Below are positions 30,114 through 40,123 of a stretch of 64,000 nt of DNA, piece after piece. Positions within the stretch are counted from its first letter, which is position 1. Each line of letters begins with the position of its first letter. Source of the stretch: Candidatus Woesebacteria bacterium (lineage in GTDB: Bacteria; Patescibacteriota; Microgenomatia; UBA8517); the NCBI GenBank assembly GCA_013374835.1, contig CP055307.1, forward strand, positions 660,768 through 724,767. Reading direction: 5' to 3'. The notes under the pieces are model-generated. The model had not been told where the DNA came from. It saw only the letters and a list, made by a program, of their open reading frames with translations, and did not search any database. The translations under genes and the position numbers were made by a program.

Positions 30114-31517
30114 TTAGAAGAACATGACTATTCTTTTTTTAGGGTCTATCTGACCATCATTTATTAATTTAGTAAGAACAACTGAAAGATCGGAAGATAC
30201 TATACCTTTTTCTTCATCTCTATAATAAAATATTTGTCCATTGGGTGTTCTTACCATAAAACCGGCAATTTCCTCTTCGTTTGTTATGGTGCTATGGTCA
30301 CCCGGGAATCTTTCTACAAAAAAAATTGCCGCATTTAAATCATTTATTTGATCAAATCTGTTTCCTGAGATGATCCTTTTTGATAGATATCCAGAATCAG
30401 CCATATGGCGGAGCAATCTATGGATTGTTACTTTTTCGGGTGGGATGCCTACATCAAAATTATCACCTCCATCCTGAAGTATGGATTTAATATTGCTTAA
30501 GTCATAATATACATCTGTGGGAAGGCCTAAATTAGCAAGAGTTTTTTGGATAAAAAATTTCGGGTTCTCGGCTCTTGATTTTTGGATTGCACTTTCTACA
30601 TTATTGCCCTTTAGTTTTTTACTTAGGTCACCGGCAAGGCTAATAAATTCTCCCTTAACTACCTTTTCCCTGATGTAGTCTGGGTACTTCACCCTGTAAT
30701 CTAAGAGAGCAGGTTTTCCGTCTTTAATTTCTTCCATCCTTACAACAAAAGATGTGTTTTCGTTTACTAAACCCGCTCCTTCTATTAGCTCTGTTGAGAT
30801 CTCACAAACCCATGGCAACTGGACTTGTTCTCCTGATTGGTCTTGGAAATTCTCAAAAAAATTTGTTGAATACCGAAGTCCAGAGAATGTGCGAAGATTC
30901 GCAATATCAAGAACTATTGCTTTTTGTCTTTTGCTCCAAGATTCCGCAAGATTGTCCCAAATGCTGATCTCATAGACTCTCCCATGATCTGACGAAGGTC
31001 CTGACCCTGAGTAATTTATTGGTGGCATTTTAGCAGCCAAAACGCCATCTATACTGTATTCATTTAGTATTTCTTCAAAGCGGCTTGTGAATTCACCACT
31101 TTTGATCCCGTTAGATAAAATCAAATTGTTTAATTTCGGGTCTTCATGCATGGCTTTTCCTAATATCAAGAGAGTTTTTTGGTTATATGCTTTTTGATCG
31201 CTTTTAGCTGCTAATAAGTAATTATCGATTAATGCTTGGTAGCTAATAGCCGAAACGCCATAGATAGTAGCCCAGCCTTCTGTAATTGAGGGTGTAGGAA
31301 CCAAACGATCCCTAAGATTTTGATTCTGCTCGTGAAGCATTTTTACAGGATGATTGTCTGATAATTCTTCCACACCTCTAATCCCAAGCAAGCCGTTTTG
31401 GCGATAGAAATTATAAACCGACCTACTATCTCTAATTTTTTCAACAGGTGGAATTAAAAAATTTGTGGCGGCGTATAACAATAATTGCCGTCTTGTAAGA
31501 AGAAATCTTTCTGACAT
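30114..31517 (-). CDS. hypothetical protein with Tat-like N-terminal motif, adjacent to glgP
   Basis: 467 aa; N-terminus LLTRRQLLLYAATNFL; no motif recognised. Confidence 0.35.
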   Translation of the reverse strand: MSERFLLTRRQLLLYAATNFLIPPVEKIRDSRSVYNFYRQNGLLGIRGVEELSDNHPVKMLHEQNQNLRDRLVPTPSITEGWATIYGVSAISYQALIDNYLLAAKSDQKAYNQKTLLILGKAMHEDPKLNNLILSNGIKSGEFTSRFEEILNEYSIDGVLAAKMPPINYSGSGPSSDHGRVYEISIWDNLAESWSKRQKAIVLDIANLRTFSGLRYSTNFFENFQDQSGEQVQLPWVCEISTELIEGAGLVNENTSFVVRMEEIKDGKPALLDYRVKYPDYIREKVVKGEFISLAGDLSKKLKGNNVESAIQKSRAENPKFFIQKTLANLGLPTDVYYDLSNIKSILQDGGDNFDVGIPPEKVTIHRLLRHMADSGYLSKRIISGNRFDQINDLNAAIFFVERFPGDHSTITNEEEIAGFMVRTPNGQIFYYRDEEKGIVSSDLSVVLTKLINDGQIDPKKRIVMFF

Positions 31518-31548
31518 AGCAAATTTTATAAAAAATGAAGTATATATG

Positions 31549-31767
31549 TTACCTTGTTACACGCTGGCCGTCAATTATACGCCCAGATAGCGGGGGAACT
31601 TTTTTATTACCTGAGAACCTTACAGGTCTGAGGGGATGTTTTTTTTCGTCAGGGTTCATGGCTCTTGCTATTGCAGTCCGTGGCCTTTCTTCTTCGCGAG
31701 AGCTATCTGCATTGATAATTTTTTCTAAAATTTCTGTTGCTTGTTCCCCTGTTGATTCTTCAGTCAT
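31549..31767 (-). CDS. small hypothetical protein (acidic N-terminus, basic C-terminus)
   Basis: 72-aa ORF immediately downstream of tgt on the same strand; weak support. Confidence 0.2.
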   Translation of the reverse strand: MTEESTGEQATEILEKIINADSSREEERPRTAIARAMNPDEKKHPLRPVRFSGNKKVPPLSGRIIDGQRVTR

Positions 31768-31769
31768 AA

Positions 31770-32951
31770 TTACATTTTACCATTTTTTTGTAAATTTTCC
31801 ATAAGCAGTGAGTAGAAGCGAAGGTTGTGGATAGTTGAAAGCCTCATTGCTGAAAGTTCGTTTGTTTTCCATAAGTGTCTAAAGTATGCTTTTGAATAAT
31901 TTTTACAAAGAGGGCAATCGCACGCTGTACTAACCGGTGAAAAATCATCTGAGTAAATTTTTTTATCAGGATTATAATATGAATAAAAATTTTTTTCTTT
32001 TATATTAATATCGTTTATATTTCTGGCATTAAATACATATAATCTTTTATGCCTTGCATCTCTTGTGGGCAGAACGCAATCAAAAATATGATAACCTATT
32101 GATGTGCAAAAAACTATATCTTCCGGCCTTCCTATGCCAAGTCCATATAGTAGATAGTTTTCAGGCGCTAGCTTTTTTATAGTTAACGCAATTTCCTTAT
32201 CAAAACTTCCGTTTTTGTCCAGCGGCCAGCCCCCGTAGCCAAAGCCGTCAAAACCTATTTCTGATAATTTTTTAGCGCAATACTCCCGAAGATCTTTAAA
32301 CTTCCCACCTTGTACAACGGCTATTAGGTAAGGTTTTTTAATAAGTTTTTTACGACTACAAATTCTTTCGAATTCTATTTTGCTTTTTTTTGCCCATAGA
32401 ATTGTTCTAATTACAGAATCTTCCGCCTCACTTTTTTTTGCATTTGGTGGTGTAAAATCATCCAATACTACGACTAAATCTGTACCCAAATCCATTTGGA
32501 TCCTTATTGATTCTTCGGGAGTAAGGCGAACCTCTTGCTTTTTAGACAATTGAAACACCACTCCGTCATCCGTCACTTTGGATAAGGAACCCCTAGACTT
32601 TATTAGACTCATAATCTGAAAACCGCCTGAGTCCGAGATAACAGCTTCCTGCCAATTCATGAATTTTTTAATACCACCAGCTTTATTTATTGTTTGGATA
32701 CCCGGATTGACTTTAAGATGAAGCGTGTTTACAAGCACGCCCTTTGTTTTTGTATTGGCAACATCTGACATATCCAAAGATTTTATTGAGGCTGCTGTTG
32801 CATCTGGGAAAAAAAGAGGGAGCTTGAACCTAAGTTTATCTTGTGTATTAAAATGGGTTGGGGGTGTCATTTGGCAATAAATTATACAACAGCTACGAAA
32901 ATTATATAAACATTTCTTAAAACCTATCATGCCCAGACGATTTATCTTCAT
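31770..32951 (-). CDS. tgt: queuine tRNA-ribosyltransferase
   Basis: TGT catalytic and Zn-site motifs (DSGGFQ; LDDF; CDCPLCKNYSKAYFRHL); true start probably the internal Met (MTPPTHFNTQ..., ~32872). Confidence 0.85.
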   Translation of the reverse strand: MKINRLGMIGFKKCLYNFRSCCIIYCQMTPPTHFNTQDKLRFKLPLFFPDATAASIKSLDMSDVANTKTKGVLVNTLHLKVNPGIQTINKAGGIKKFMNWQEAVISDSGGFQIMSLIKSRGSLSKVTDDGVVFQLSKKQEVRLTPEESIRIQMDLGTDLVVVLDDFTPPNAKKSEAEDSVIRTILWAKKSKIEFERICSRKKLIKKPYLIAVVQGGKFKDLREYCAKKLSEIGFDGFGYGGWPLDKNGSFDKEIALTIKKLAPENYLLYGLGIGRPEDIVFCTSIGYHIFDCVLPTRDARHKRLYVFNARNINDINIKEKNFYSYYNPDKKIYSDDFSPVSTACDCPLCKNYSKAYFRHLWKTNELSAMRLSTIHNLRFYSLLMENLQKNGKM

Positions 32952-33007
32952 ATGGACTAGCTTTAAAGAGCTAATTTGTGGTAGAATAGTGTACTGCTTC
33001 TAACAGT

Positions 33008-33511
33008 ATGAAAGATGTATCTAAATACCGAGTTGGTGATAAAATCGTTCATTTCGGGCGAATATACACGATATTTAAGATGTCTTTTGATAAATCATTA
33101 AACGAGCACATTCTTTATTACAAGCCATATTATAAAGGTAGGGGAGACGATACATTAATTTGCTCAATACCAACCAAAAATATCGCAAAAACAAATATTA
33201 GAAAGCCAATTAGCAGGAATAAAGCGAAAAAAATTTTCATAAACTTAAGCAAAAGGTGTGAATATCTAGACTCACTGGACTCTGATGTCGCAAAAAGCAT
33301 AATAGGACAAAACAAACCAAGAAAACTCGCTGAAACCCTTAAGCATATGTGGTATTCAAAAAATACCCAAGAAGTGGAGTTTTCAAGAACAAAAGAAAAG
33401 GTATTTGAGCTTTTGGTATCCAGGCTTTCAGAAGAGTTGGCGTTTAGCGCTGGGATTACTCCAGAGGAGGCAAGCAAAAAAATTATCACAAACCTTAAAA
33501 AGGCTTATTAA
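33008..33511 (+). CDS. CarD/CdnL-like RNA-polymerase-binding domain protein
   Basis: N-terminal YRVGDKIVHFGRIYTI...LICSIPTKNIAKTNIRKPISRNKAKKIF resembles the CarD_CdnL_TRCF Tudor-like domain; 167 aa. Confidence 0.4.
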   Translation: MKDVSKYRVGDKIVHFGRIYTIFKMSFDKSLNEHILYYKPYYKGRGDDTLICSIPTKNIAKTNIRKPISRNKAKKIFINLSKRCEYLDSLDSDVAKSIIGQNKPRKLAETLKHMWYSKNTQEVEFSRTKEKVFELLVSRLSEELAFSAGITPEEASKKIITNLKKAY

Positions 33512-33749
33512 AGAGCTCTTATTGTCAAGGAAATATGTTTATTTATTGTTTTATACTTAGTTTATGATGAGCGGTTATGGAAACTTAGGGCTGGGTGAGG
33601 GATTGACTCAATTGGGAGAAAGCGGTTTTTTGGTTCTTTTTGCTTGGTCGATATTTTGGAAGGGAGTAGTTCTATTTTAGAGATCATATATCTATTTTTA
33701 TTTGCGAAAATTAAACCCTCAAAAATTTTTTTCTTCAATCGAACTTAGG

Positions 33750-33758
33750 TGGTATAAT
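33750..33758 (+). promoter_or_regulatory. extended -10 (TGGTATAAT) for tRNA-His
   Basis: TGnTATAAT 10 nt upstream of the tRNA 5' end. Confidence 0.35.
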
Positions 33759-33768
33759 AATGCTACTT

Positions 33769-33846
<78 letters not shown>

Positions 33847-33865
33847 AATTTTTTCGATTTGTATC

Positions 33866-34882
33866 TTAGGCTAACAGTTCTTTGCCATAGGAGCCAAGCA
33901 TTGTATTTATTAAAAGCCTTCTTAAGACTTCATTGAACCTAACTTTATATATAGTTAAAATAGAGGATATCGCGCTATCCGAAGGTGATAAATAGCAATT
34001 TGCATTTGAATCTATAAAATAATATCTTCCCGAAGAATCAAGCCTAATATCAAACTTGCCATAGTCAGCCATTTGAACAACGTCAAAAGCTTTTTTAACA
34101 TATTCCCTTAAAACAGGATCTTCGAATTTTTGGTAATGAAATGTCAAGTCTTTATTAAGCCATTGATCCTCAAATGATAAGAAGCTGTATTTTTGGTCTT
34201 TTAATTCAGAAAAAACTTTTTCTGCCATATAAACTTTTTTGTTTAACCCTTCTAGAAGTATTGCATTTATTTCTCGGCCGACTATGAATTCCTGAACTAA
34301 AACTTGCTGTTTATACGTATAAATTAAGTACTTTATTCTTTCTCTTAGGTGTTTTTCGTTATCGGATACTGAATCTTTTGTAATTTCCACTCCGCCGTGA
34401 ATTTCATTTAGCTTTGCAATTAACGGGTATCTTAGTGTGGGGTCAAGATAATCCGTGTGGTTTGTAAAGATCTGGTATCTCGGAACGGGGATGCCGTTTT
34501 GTTCAAGGAGCTTAAACGTCAAAAATTTCTGGAATGTAAGTGACAAACCGATTATACCTGCGCCAGTGTAGGGGATTTCTAAAAGTTCAAGCACTCCGGG
34601 TATGGTTGATGAGAGATATTCATTTCCTTTTACAGAATCGACAAGGTTAAATACCATATCCGGCATCTCTTTTCTGAGATTTTGTGGCAGGCTTGAATTT
34701 CCCGGAAAAAGCTTAGGTCTAATATTAAAATTTTCGAGATATTTTGCAATTATGACTGCGCTTTCTTTTGCGTCTTTTTCCGTTATGTATTGGGCTTCGG
34801 TGGGGAAGTATTCACGCTTAACATCCGAGTAAATAATTCCTACTTTTTTAGGAATTCTTGAGATGTGATTATTCGTAGGCAT
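33866..34882 (-). CDS. ATP-grasp enzyme, D-alanine--D-alanine ligase family
   Basis: 338 aa; ATP-grasp core (PLIAKLNEIHGGVEITKD...VLVQEFIVGREI...FDIRLDSSGRYYFIDSNAN). Confidence 0.55.
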   Translation of the reverse strand: MPTNNHISRIPKKVGIIYSDVKREYFPTEAQYITEKDAKESAVIIAKYLENFNIRPKLFPGNSSLPQNLRKEMPDMVFNLVDSVKGNEYLSSTIPGVLELLEIPYTGAGIIGLSLTFQKFLTFKLLEQNGIPVPRYQIFTNHTDYLDPTLRYPLIAKLNEIHGGVEITKDSVSDNEKHLRERIKYLIYTYKQQVLVQEFIVGREINAILLEGLNKKVYMAEKVFSELKDQKYSFLSFEDQWLNKDLTFHYQKFEDPVLREYVKKAFDVVQMADYGKFDIRLDSSGRYYFIDSNANCYLSPSDSAISSILTIYKVRFNEVLRRLLINTMLGSYGKELLA

Positions 34883-35120
34883 TATTTTTCTTCTTTGGAG
34901 TCTTCCTTAGAGACGGTCTATTTACCAAGTCGTTTTCGTCTTTTTCTATTTCTTCGGCAATGCTAAAGGGTTTTTTGGAATCAATGTCTCCACCCACAGT
35001 TTCTTCAAGCAATTCTTCGGTATCGTCGTAGACATCGTGGTCTCCTTCGCTATATGAGTCACCATATACCTCATCTTCCTGTTTTTTAAGTATTTCATCT
35101 ATATCATCTCTTTTTACCAT
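34869..35120 (-). CDS. small highly acidic hypothetical protein
   Basis: 83 aa, D/E-rich, basic tail; overlaps next gene start by 14 nt. Confidence 0.3.
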   Translation of the reverse strand: MVKRDDIDEILKKQEDEVYGDSYSEGDHDVYDDTEELLEETVGGDIDSKKPFSIAEEIEKDENDLVNRPSLRKTPKKKNNAYE

Positions 35121-35185
35121 GGATACATTAAAACAATTATTGAAAAATAATGCAATGGGTTTTTGATCCTTAATTATAAATTCAA

Positions 35186-35779
35186 TTAATAATTTAAGGC
35201 TCGCTCACTCGCGAATTTAAGCCTATTTGGAAAACAGTTTTTGTTTCTTTCACGCGCTTTATCATTAAAAACATGCACCAAAAAGCGTTGGCTTGAGTCA
35301 CCCATGCATACATTAAACAAAATAACTCTGCTTCTCCAAGGAGCACTTCTAAGTGCTTTTGGGTTAACTTCAAAACCCATGGATTTCCGGTTTTGATCTA
35401 TTGACCCGTAGGGAAAATCTACTTCTAGGCTTGCTGTTATATCTGATATTTCAATTCTTGAATGATTTTCTCCCGGATTGCCTTTGACCTGTGGAAGAAG
35501 CACAAAATATCTTGGGATACTTATAATATGAGGATAGGGCTTTTCTGCATACGGCAAGATGATGTATGAGAAAGTATGGGGGAGAAAAGCTCTTACAATA
35601 CTGCCAAGGGTTTCTTGTAGCTTTTCTCTTTCCGAAAGGCCTTGATACCAATTCTTGTGTTCCTCATAGATTGATTGCACGATATAAGGCTCATTGTTTA
35701 GCATATCTGCTATTGAGCTTGCTTTGTAACTTCTTGCTTTATGGGCAGGAGCGGGTCCTATCTGGTCAAGCCGTTCCAT
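35186..35779 (-). CDS. hypothetical protein
   Basis: 197-aa ORF, no recognisable motif. Confidence 0.3.
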   Translation of the reverse strand: MERLDQIGPAPAHKARSYKASSIADMLNNEPYIVQSIYEEHKNWYQGLSEREKLQETLGSIVRAFLPHTFSYIILPYAEKPYPHIISIPRYFVLLPQVKGNPGENHSRIEISDITASLEVDFPYGSIDQNRKSMGFEVNPKALRSAPWRSRVILFNVCMGDSSQRFLVHVFNDKARERNKNCFPNRLKFASERALNY

Positions 35780-35837
35780 ACCAATTTTAAAATATATCTC
35801 CTAGATATTTATTGTTATATATTGGCTTTTGTTTAAT

Positions 35838-35912
35838 TGGAGCGGGTGATGGGAATTGAACCCACGATCTCTTCCTTGGCAAGGAAGCGTTGTACCACTC
35901 AACTACACCCGC
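35838..35912 (-). tRNA. tRNA-Gly (anticodon GCC), CCA encoded
   Basis: Reverse complement GCGGGTGTAGTTGAGTGGTACAACGCTTCCTTGCCAAGGAAGAGATCGTGGGTTCAATTCCCATCACCCGCTCCA folds as canonical cloverleaf. Confidence 0.85.
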
Positions 35913-35963
35913 AGACAATTATGATTATACCAAATTTGAAAAAATCTTGAGAATTGATTCACA

Positions 35964-36323
35964 ATGCATTATTTTATGGTTATTATGGAAAGAGAATGCG
36001 AATGGGTTAATGATGAAGATCTGATTAAAAAGGCAGCCGATCTTTCAATAAATAATGATATTAACTGGGCAGAATTTTGTGGGATATTTAATATTAATTT
36101 TGAAAGTCATTTAAATAATGAATACTTAACTTTAGAACTTTTTTTAAGAGACTGCCTGGGAGAGCCGCAAAAAGAAAATCGTTTAAAGTGTACGATTGAA
36201 TGGCAATTGGGAAGCGAGCATGTATTACATTTAGTTTGGAACCCAAAAGCAAAGGTAAGCGACGGAACACTGAGGGTGTTTAGAAAAAAAACGGTGGAAG
36301 GCAGGCAACCGACTCTTTTTTAA
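35964..36323 (+). CDS. hypothetical protein
   Basis: 119-aa ORF; no motif. Confidence 0.3.
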   Translation: MHYFMVIMERECEWVNDEDLIKKAADLSINNDINWAEFCGIFNINFESHLNNEYLTLELFLRDCLGEPQKENRLKCTIEWQLGSEHVLHLVWNPKAKVSDGTLRVFRKKTVEGRQPTLF

Positions 36324-36931
36324 AGATTATCAAGGCTGTGCCAGAGAGCTATTGAGCCATAGGTTCTAAAAGGAATCCATTTGGAAATAATTTTATTTAT
36401 TGTTTTTTCAGATAAATCTTTTGGCTTATATATATTTTTGATTGCTTTTTTTAAGCCTTGGTCGCCGAATGAAAAAACATTTTCTCTACCCAGATCAAAT
36501 ATAAGAAACATCTCAGCGCTCCAGCGGCCAATGCCTTTAACTTTTATAAGCTCGTTAATTATCTCCTCGTCTTTGAGGTCTTTAATGTTTTTTAGATTTA
36601 ATTCTTTATTGAGAAATTTTTGAGATAAATCAAAAAGATAGCTTGTTTTTTGTTGTGACACACCCACTTCACGAAATTTTTCTGTTTTGGTTTTTAAAAT
36701 TGAGTGAGGCGTAACTTTACCATTAAGAGCTTTTTCAAATCTGTAGTAGATTGTAGAAGCTGCTTTATTTGAAAGCTGCTGGTAAATTATTTTTTTGGTA
36801 AGGCTTATGAAATAGTCATGCTCAGATGCGTTTTTGTTAACTGATATCCAATCTAGAATTTTTACTTCGCTTAAATATTTATAGATTATTGGATCACTTT
36901 TTTGAAAATGATTTAGAATAGATTTTTTCAT
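36320..36931 (-). CDS. DNA-3-methyladenine glycosylase II-like (HhH-GPD superfamily, AlkA type)
   Basis: IKVKGIGRWSAEMFLIFDLGRENVFSFGDQGLKKAI is the AlkA HhH-GPD signature; 203 aa. Confidence 0.7.
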   Translation of the reverse strand: MKKSILNHFQKSDPIIYKYLSEVKILDWISVNKNASEHDYFISLTKKIIYQQLSNKAASTIYYRFEKALNGKVTPHSILKTKTEKFREVGVSQQKTSYLFDLSQKFLNKELNLKNIKDLKDEEIINELIKVKGIGRWSAEMFLIFDLGRENVFSFGDQGLKKAIKNIYKPKDLSEKTINKIISKWIPFRTYGSIALWHSLDNL

Positions 36932-36940
36932 GTATGAAAG

Positions 36941-37633
36941 TTAACCATAGAGGCTGACAAGCTTGTCTCTGGAAATAAATGCCTCTTTTGCCGGCTTGAA
37001 ATTTCCTTTAAAGGCTTGCCAAGCCTTATTTTCCTTATTTCTTTTTTCTACTATTTGTTTATTAAGATGTGTATAAAATGCCTGTTTTAAGGGATTTTTA
37101 ATATCAAAAACATTAAATCCAAGTTTTCGGGCCAATGACCTTACAAGATGCGAGTATCCATAAAAAAAGCTAATTTCTTCTAAAAATTCATTGTGTTTGC
37201 ATTCATAAGCTAATATTTTCAAATCAAGCAGTACTTCATTATATAAAGATCTTGAAGCCGCCACGAGATTAGCTTCCTCGCCTAACTGAGGTATGTTTCT
37301 TACTAAATCCAGTCTACCTCCCATCTGTCCAGGCGCTATAACTATTCCGTCAGAAAGAACTTTTTTAGATACACCTCTATAGCGTGCTCGACAGACGCTT
37401 AGGTGTGTACCTATATCTAGCTTGTTTTTTTCTTCTACAAATGTTTGTCCAAGACAGATACCGGCCCTTATCCATTCAAGTATTAGTGCTGTTTCTATTG
37501 AATCCGGTACGGATGTGTAAGAACTTGCAGCGACATAGCCGGAGGAGGCTAGAATTGATATAAGCATGTGCCATTCCAGTTCTTTAGCGTAGAGAGCTTT
37601 GTTAATTACTTCATCTCTATCAATTTCCTTCAT
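36941..37633 (-). CDS. hypothetical protein
   Basis: 230-aa ORF; no motif recognised. Confidence 0.3.
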   Translation of the reverse strand: MKEIDRDEVINKALYAKELEWHMLISILASSGYVAASSYTSVPDSIETALILEWIRAGICLGQTFVEEKNKLDIGTHLSVCRARYRGVSKKVLSDGIVIAPGQMGGRLDLVRNIPQLGEEANLVAASRSLYNEVLLDLKILAYECKHNEFLEEISFFYGYSHLVRSLARKLGFNVFDIKNPLKQAFYTHLNKQIVEKRNKENKAWQAFKGNFKPAKEAFISRDKLVSLYG

Positions 37634-37721
37634 ATTAAAAAAAGATTAAGCATAAAACTGCTTCTTCAAAAATAGTTGAATTATTAAAGAAACAATTCTA
37701 GTAGGTTACCAGATTGCTGTG

Positions 37722-37794
37722 TCGGGGATGCCAGATTCGAACTGGCGACCTCACGGTCCCAAACCGTGCACTCTACCGACTGAGCTAATCCCCG
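37722..37794 (-). tRNA. tRNA-Pro (anticodon TGG)
   Basis: Reverse complement CGGGGATTAGCTCAGTCGGTAGAGTGCACGGTTTGGGACCGTGAGGTCGCCAGTTCGAATCTGGCATCCCCGA; canonical arms; CCA not encoded. Confidence 0.85.
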
Positions 37795-37834
37795 TTAAAT
37801 TAAGTGTAATTTTGTGCGAGACATATTGCCAAAT

Positions 37835-37960
37835 TCGAACTTTGTTTAAGCGGAACGGCGGCTTGCCGCCATTCAAGCCGCCGTGCTATTTCTAGCTCGG
37901 CCTGACGGCCTCGCTATTTTTTCTGCGCACAATTTAGCTGGCTTCGCCAGCCTTTGCCCG
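37835..37960. repeat. cluster of GC-rich perfect hairpins in an AT-rich background (CGGCGGCTTG.N8.CAAGCCGCCG; GCTGGC-TTC-GCCAGC; GCCCGCTTCGTGGGC) between tRNA-Pro and the end of the minus-strand operon
   Basis: Direct inspection: 10-bp perfect stem at 37848-37875, 6-bp stem at 37941-37955, T-run after 37896-37909 stem; composition contrasts with flanks. Confidence 0.35.
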
Positions 37961-38545
37961 CTTCGTGGGCACTTCTTCCTCTCCAAGTTTTGATACTATA
38001 TCACATTTGTATGCATCCTCGTCCAAAATTGGATCCCAAAGATGATCTTTATCGGGAACAATATGAATGTGGAAATGGTCCGGCCTTACTGTTCCAGAAA
38101 CAGGATCAAACCGATCGGCTCTAAACCTCCAGAAATGAACTATCTTTTTAACATCAGAGCCATCTGACCTTTTTAATTTTGCATCAAGCATTTTTCTTTT
38201 GACATGAGACAAGACATCTAAAAGTTCTGCGTTTTCCTTATATGTTTGCTCGTCAAACTCCACAAAATGGCGTTTAGAAATTACCATTGTGTGCCACCAC
38301 CAATAGGGAGCAAGGTTGGCTATCCAAACCCAATGCTGAAACTCCTTCAATACAATCTGGTATTTATCCCAATGACAAAAGGTGCAAACATCCTTAGGGA
38401 TACCAGGAATGAAGACTTTATCATATTCCTCACGATTGAGAAGTCTCGTGGGCGGAGTTTCTATTTTTTCCAGTAATTTTGGATTGTTCTTTTGCATATC
38501 TGACCATATTTTAGCACGAAGTGCCAAGCTTCGCTTATATCTCAA
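37934..38545 (-). CDS. HIT-superfamily protein (GalT/Apa2-like branch)
   Basis: CTFCHW ... HFHIHIVP (HxHxHxx histidine triad); 203 aa. Confidence 0.45.
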   Translation of the reverse strand: MRYKRSLALRAKIWSDMQKNNPKLLEKIETPPTRLLNREEYDKVFIPGIPKDVCTFCHWDKYQIVLKEFQHWVWIANLAPYWWWHTMVISKRHFVEFDEQTYKENAELLDVLSHVKRKMLDAKLKRSDGSDVKKIVHFWRFRADRFDPVSGTVRPDHFHIHIVPDKDHLWDPILDEDAYKCDIVSKLGEEEVPTKRAKAGEAS

Positions 38546-39110
38546 CCTCTACTACTTGTAAATTATCCCATTTTAGTTTTCTTAAAACATCAAAAATCAG
38601 TTGAGGATATTTGGTCCAAGGAACATCCGCAACTCTTAGAAGGAAATGCCTAAAAAAGGTGCCGTGCCCAACAATAGCAATTTTTTGATGTTTCTTGGTT
38701 TTTTTCTCCTTGAGCAAAAATTGATACAACCTTTCAACTCTATCGGCAACTGAGGCAAAGGATTCTCCTCCCGCGGGCGTCCAATTTATGTCCATTTTGT
38801 CTTTTTTGTGTTTTACTTCCCAAAAATCTGTTGCAAACTTTCTTGGCTTACCAATGATTTCTTTTGGTGTTCCGTATTCTTTTATAAAATCAAGAACTTT
38901 ATAATTTCCTTTTCCAAAAACCAAATCTGCTGTTTCCCTAGCCCTTTGTAGAGGAGAACAAAAAACCACGTCTACTTCTCCTATCTTATTCTTAGCCTGT
39001 TCAACCTTATCTAAGGTCTCGGAGTCTATAACAATTGGAGTTACATGTCGTTGCGTCAATAAATCTTCAGCGTCCCTTGTTCTTGCATGCCTGATTAGAT
39101 AAACTTTCAT
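38535..39110 (-). CDS. histidine phosphatase family protein (phosphoglycerate mutase-like fold)
   Basis: LIRHARTR N-terminal RHG motif, SPLQRARETA, C-terminal GHG; 191 aa. Confidence 0.7.
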   Translation of the reverse strand: MKVYLIRHARTRDAEDLLTQRHVTPIVIDSETLDKVEQAKNKIGEVDVVFCSPLQRARETADLVFGKGNYKVLDFIKEYGTPKEIIGKPRKFATDFWEVKHKKDKMDINWTPAGGESFASVADRVERLYQFLLKEKKTKKHQKIAIVGHGTFFRHFLLRVADVPWTKYPQLIFDVLRKLKWDNLQVVEVEI

Positions 39111-39721
39111 TAGCCGCTTTGTCCTAATCTTGGCCTTCTGCCAGCGCTACCAAGATAGCTAAAATCTCGATAAAACCTTCTTAGGCTACCTCCTTCGTCT
39201 CTTATGCCAGGTCTTACATTTCTTAGTAATTCCGCCACTTCTGGCTTTTGAGAATATTCTACAATTTCATCCCAACTAACTGGAGTACTAATTATTGGGT
39301 ATTTAGGATCCACTCCATCTACAAAAATAACAGAGACAAGCTTTCCAAGATTCCGTGCAAGAGTACATCTGTGTAGACCGTCTACTATAGCAGGCACTCC
39401 ATCACTCATTTCAACAACAGGTGGTGCAACAATATATATCGAGTTAACATAAATCTGGTCAAGCATAAAGATATCAACACTATCAGTTGACAGTATTTCA
39501 TCTCGCATTGAAGCTACAAATTGGAGATTGTTTTTCAGGACATATTTAGCAGTAGGATATAAATCATTTGGATCAAATACTCTGATTGATATCTCTGCGT
39601 TTTCATATAGAGGAAATCCACCGTCCAAGGTTCTAGTATTACGGACCGCTTCTATTAATTGTAATTTGGGCTCGATTTCTAAATCAGTTGTAGCTTCGCT
39701 CATTCTTTCTACCGCAGTCAT
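39110..39721 (-). CDS. hypothetical protein with ParB/sulfiredoxin-like DGxHR motif
   Basis: AIVDGLHRCTLARNLG; 203 aa. Confidence 0.3.
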   Translation of the reverse strand: MTAVERMSEATTDLEIEPKLQLIEAVRNTRTLDGGFPLYENAEISIRVFDPNDLYPTAKYVLKNNLQFVASMRDEILSTDSVDIFMLDQIYVNSIYIVAPPVVEMSDGVPAIVDGLHRCTLARNLGKLVSVIFVDGVDPKYPIISTPVSWDEIVEYSQKPEVAELLRNVRPGIRDEGGSLRRFYRDFSYLGSAGRRPRLGQSG

Positions 39722-40071
39722 AGAAAATATTTAGATATATCTTTCCAATTTGTAAATCTCAAAGCTCTATCATCAATGTAGATTCCTGCAATTGGTTTCA
39801 CTGCAGTTATGTCATGATAATGCACCCCTCTTTGAAAGCCATTATCAGAAAGCCATTTACTTATCTTGTTTTTTTCGAGGTTTATATCATCGTTCACTTC
39901 TGGATTTAATCGTGTAGTGAGGATAATAACTTTATAATCTTTTGATACCAGCCTTTCTAGCTCTTCTTTAGCACCTTCCATTGGGGGATCATAAATCGTC
40001 CCATCTTGCCATCCTTTACTGTATTGGTGTATAACTCCATCAAAATCTATACAAATAACTTTTTGTTTCAT
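39718..40071 (-). CDS. small HAD-superfamily phosphatase (5'(3')-deoxyribonucleotidase-like)
   Basis: VICIDFDGVIH motif I (DxDGV); 117 aa. Confidence 0.55.
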   Translation of the reverse strand: MKQKVICIDFDGVIHQYSKGWQDGTIYDPPMEGAKEELERLVSKDYKVIILTTRLNPEVNDDINLEKNKISKWLSDNGFQRGVHYHDITAVKPIAGIYIDDRALRFTNWKDISKYFL

Positions 40072-40123
40072 CTTAACTGAAGTATATCAAAAACCTGCGA
40101 AAATTGGCAATTTACGATGCTTA

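Noticed and set aside
31535-31804. 89-aa plus-strand ORF antisense to the small ORF and the tgt 3' end
   Set aside because: It is antisense to better-supported coding sequence, with Cys/Ser-rich low-complexity translation.
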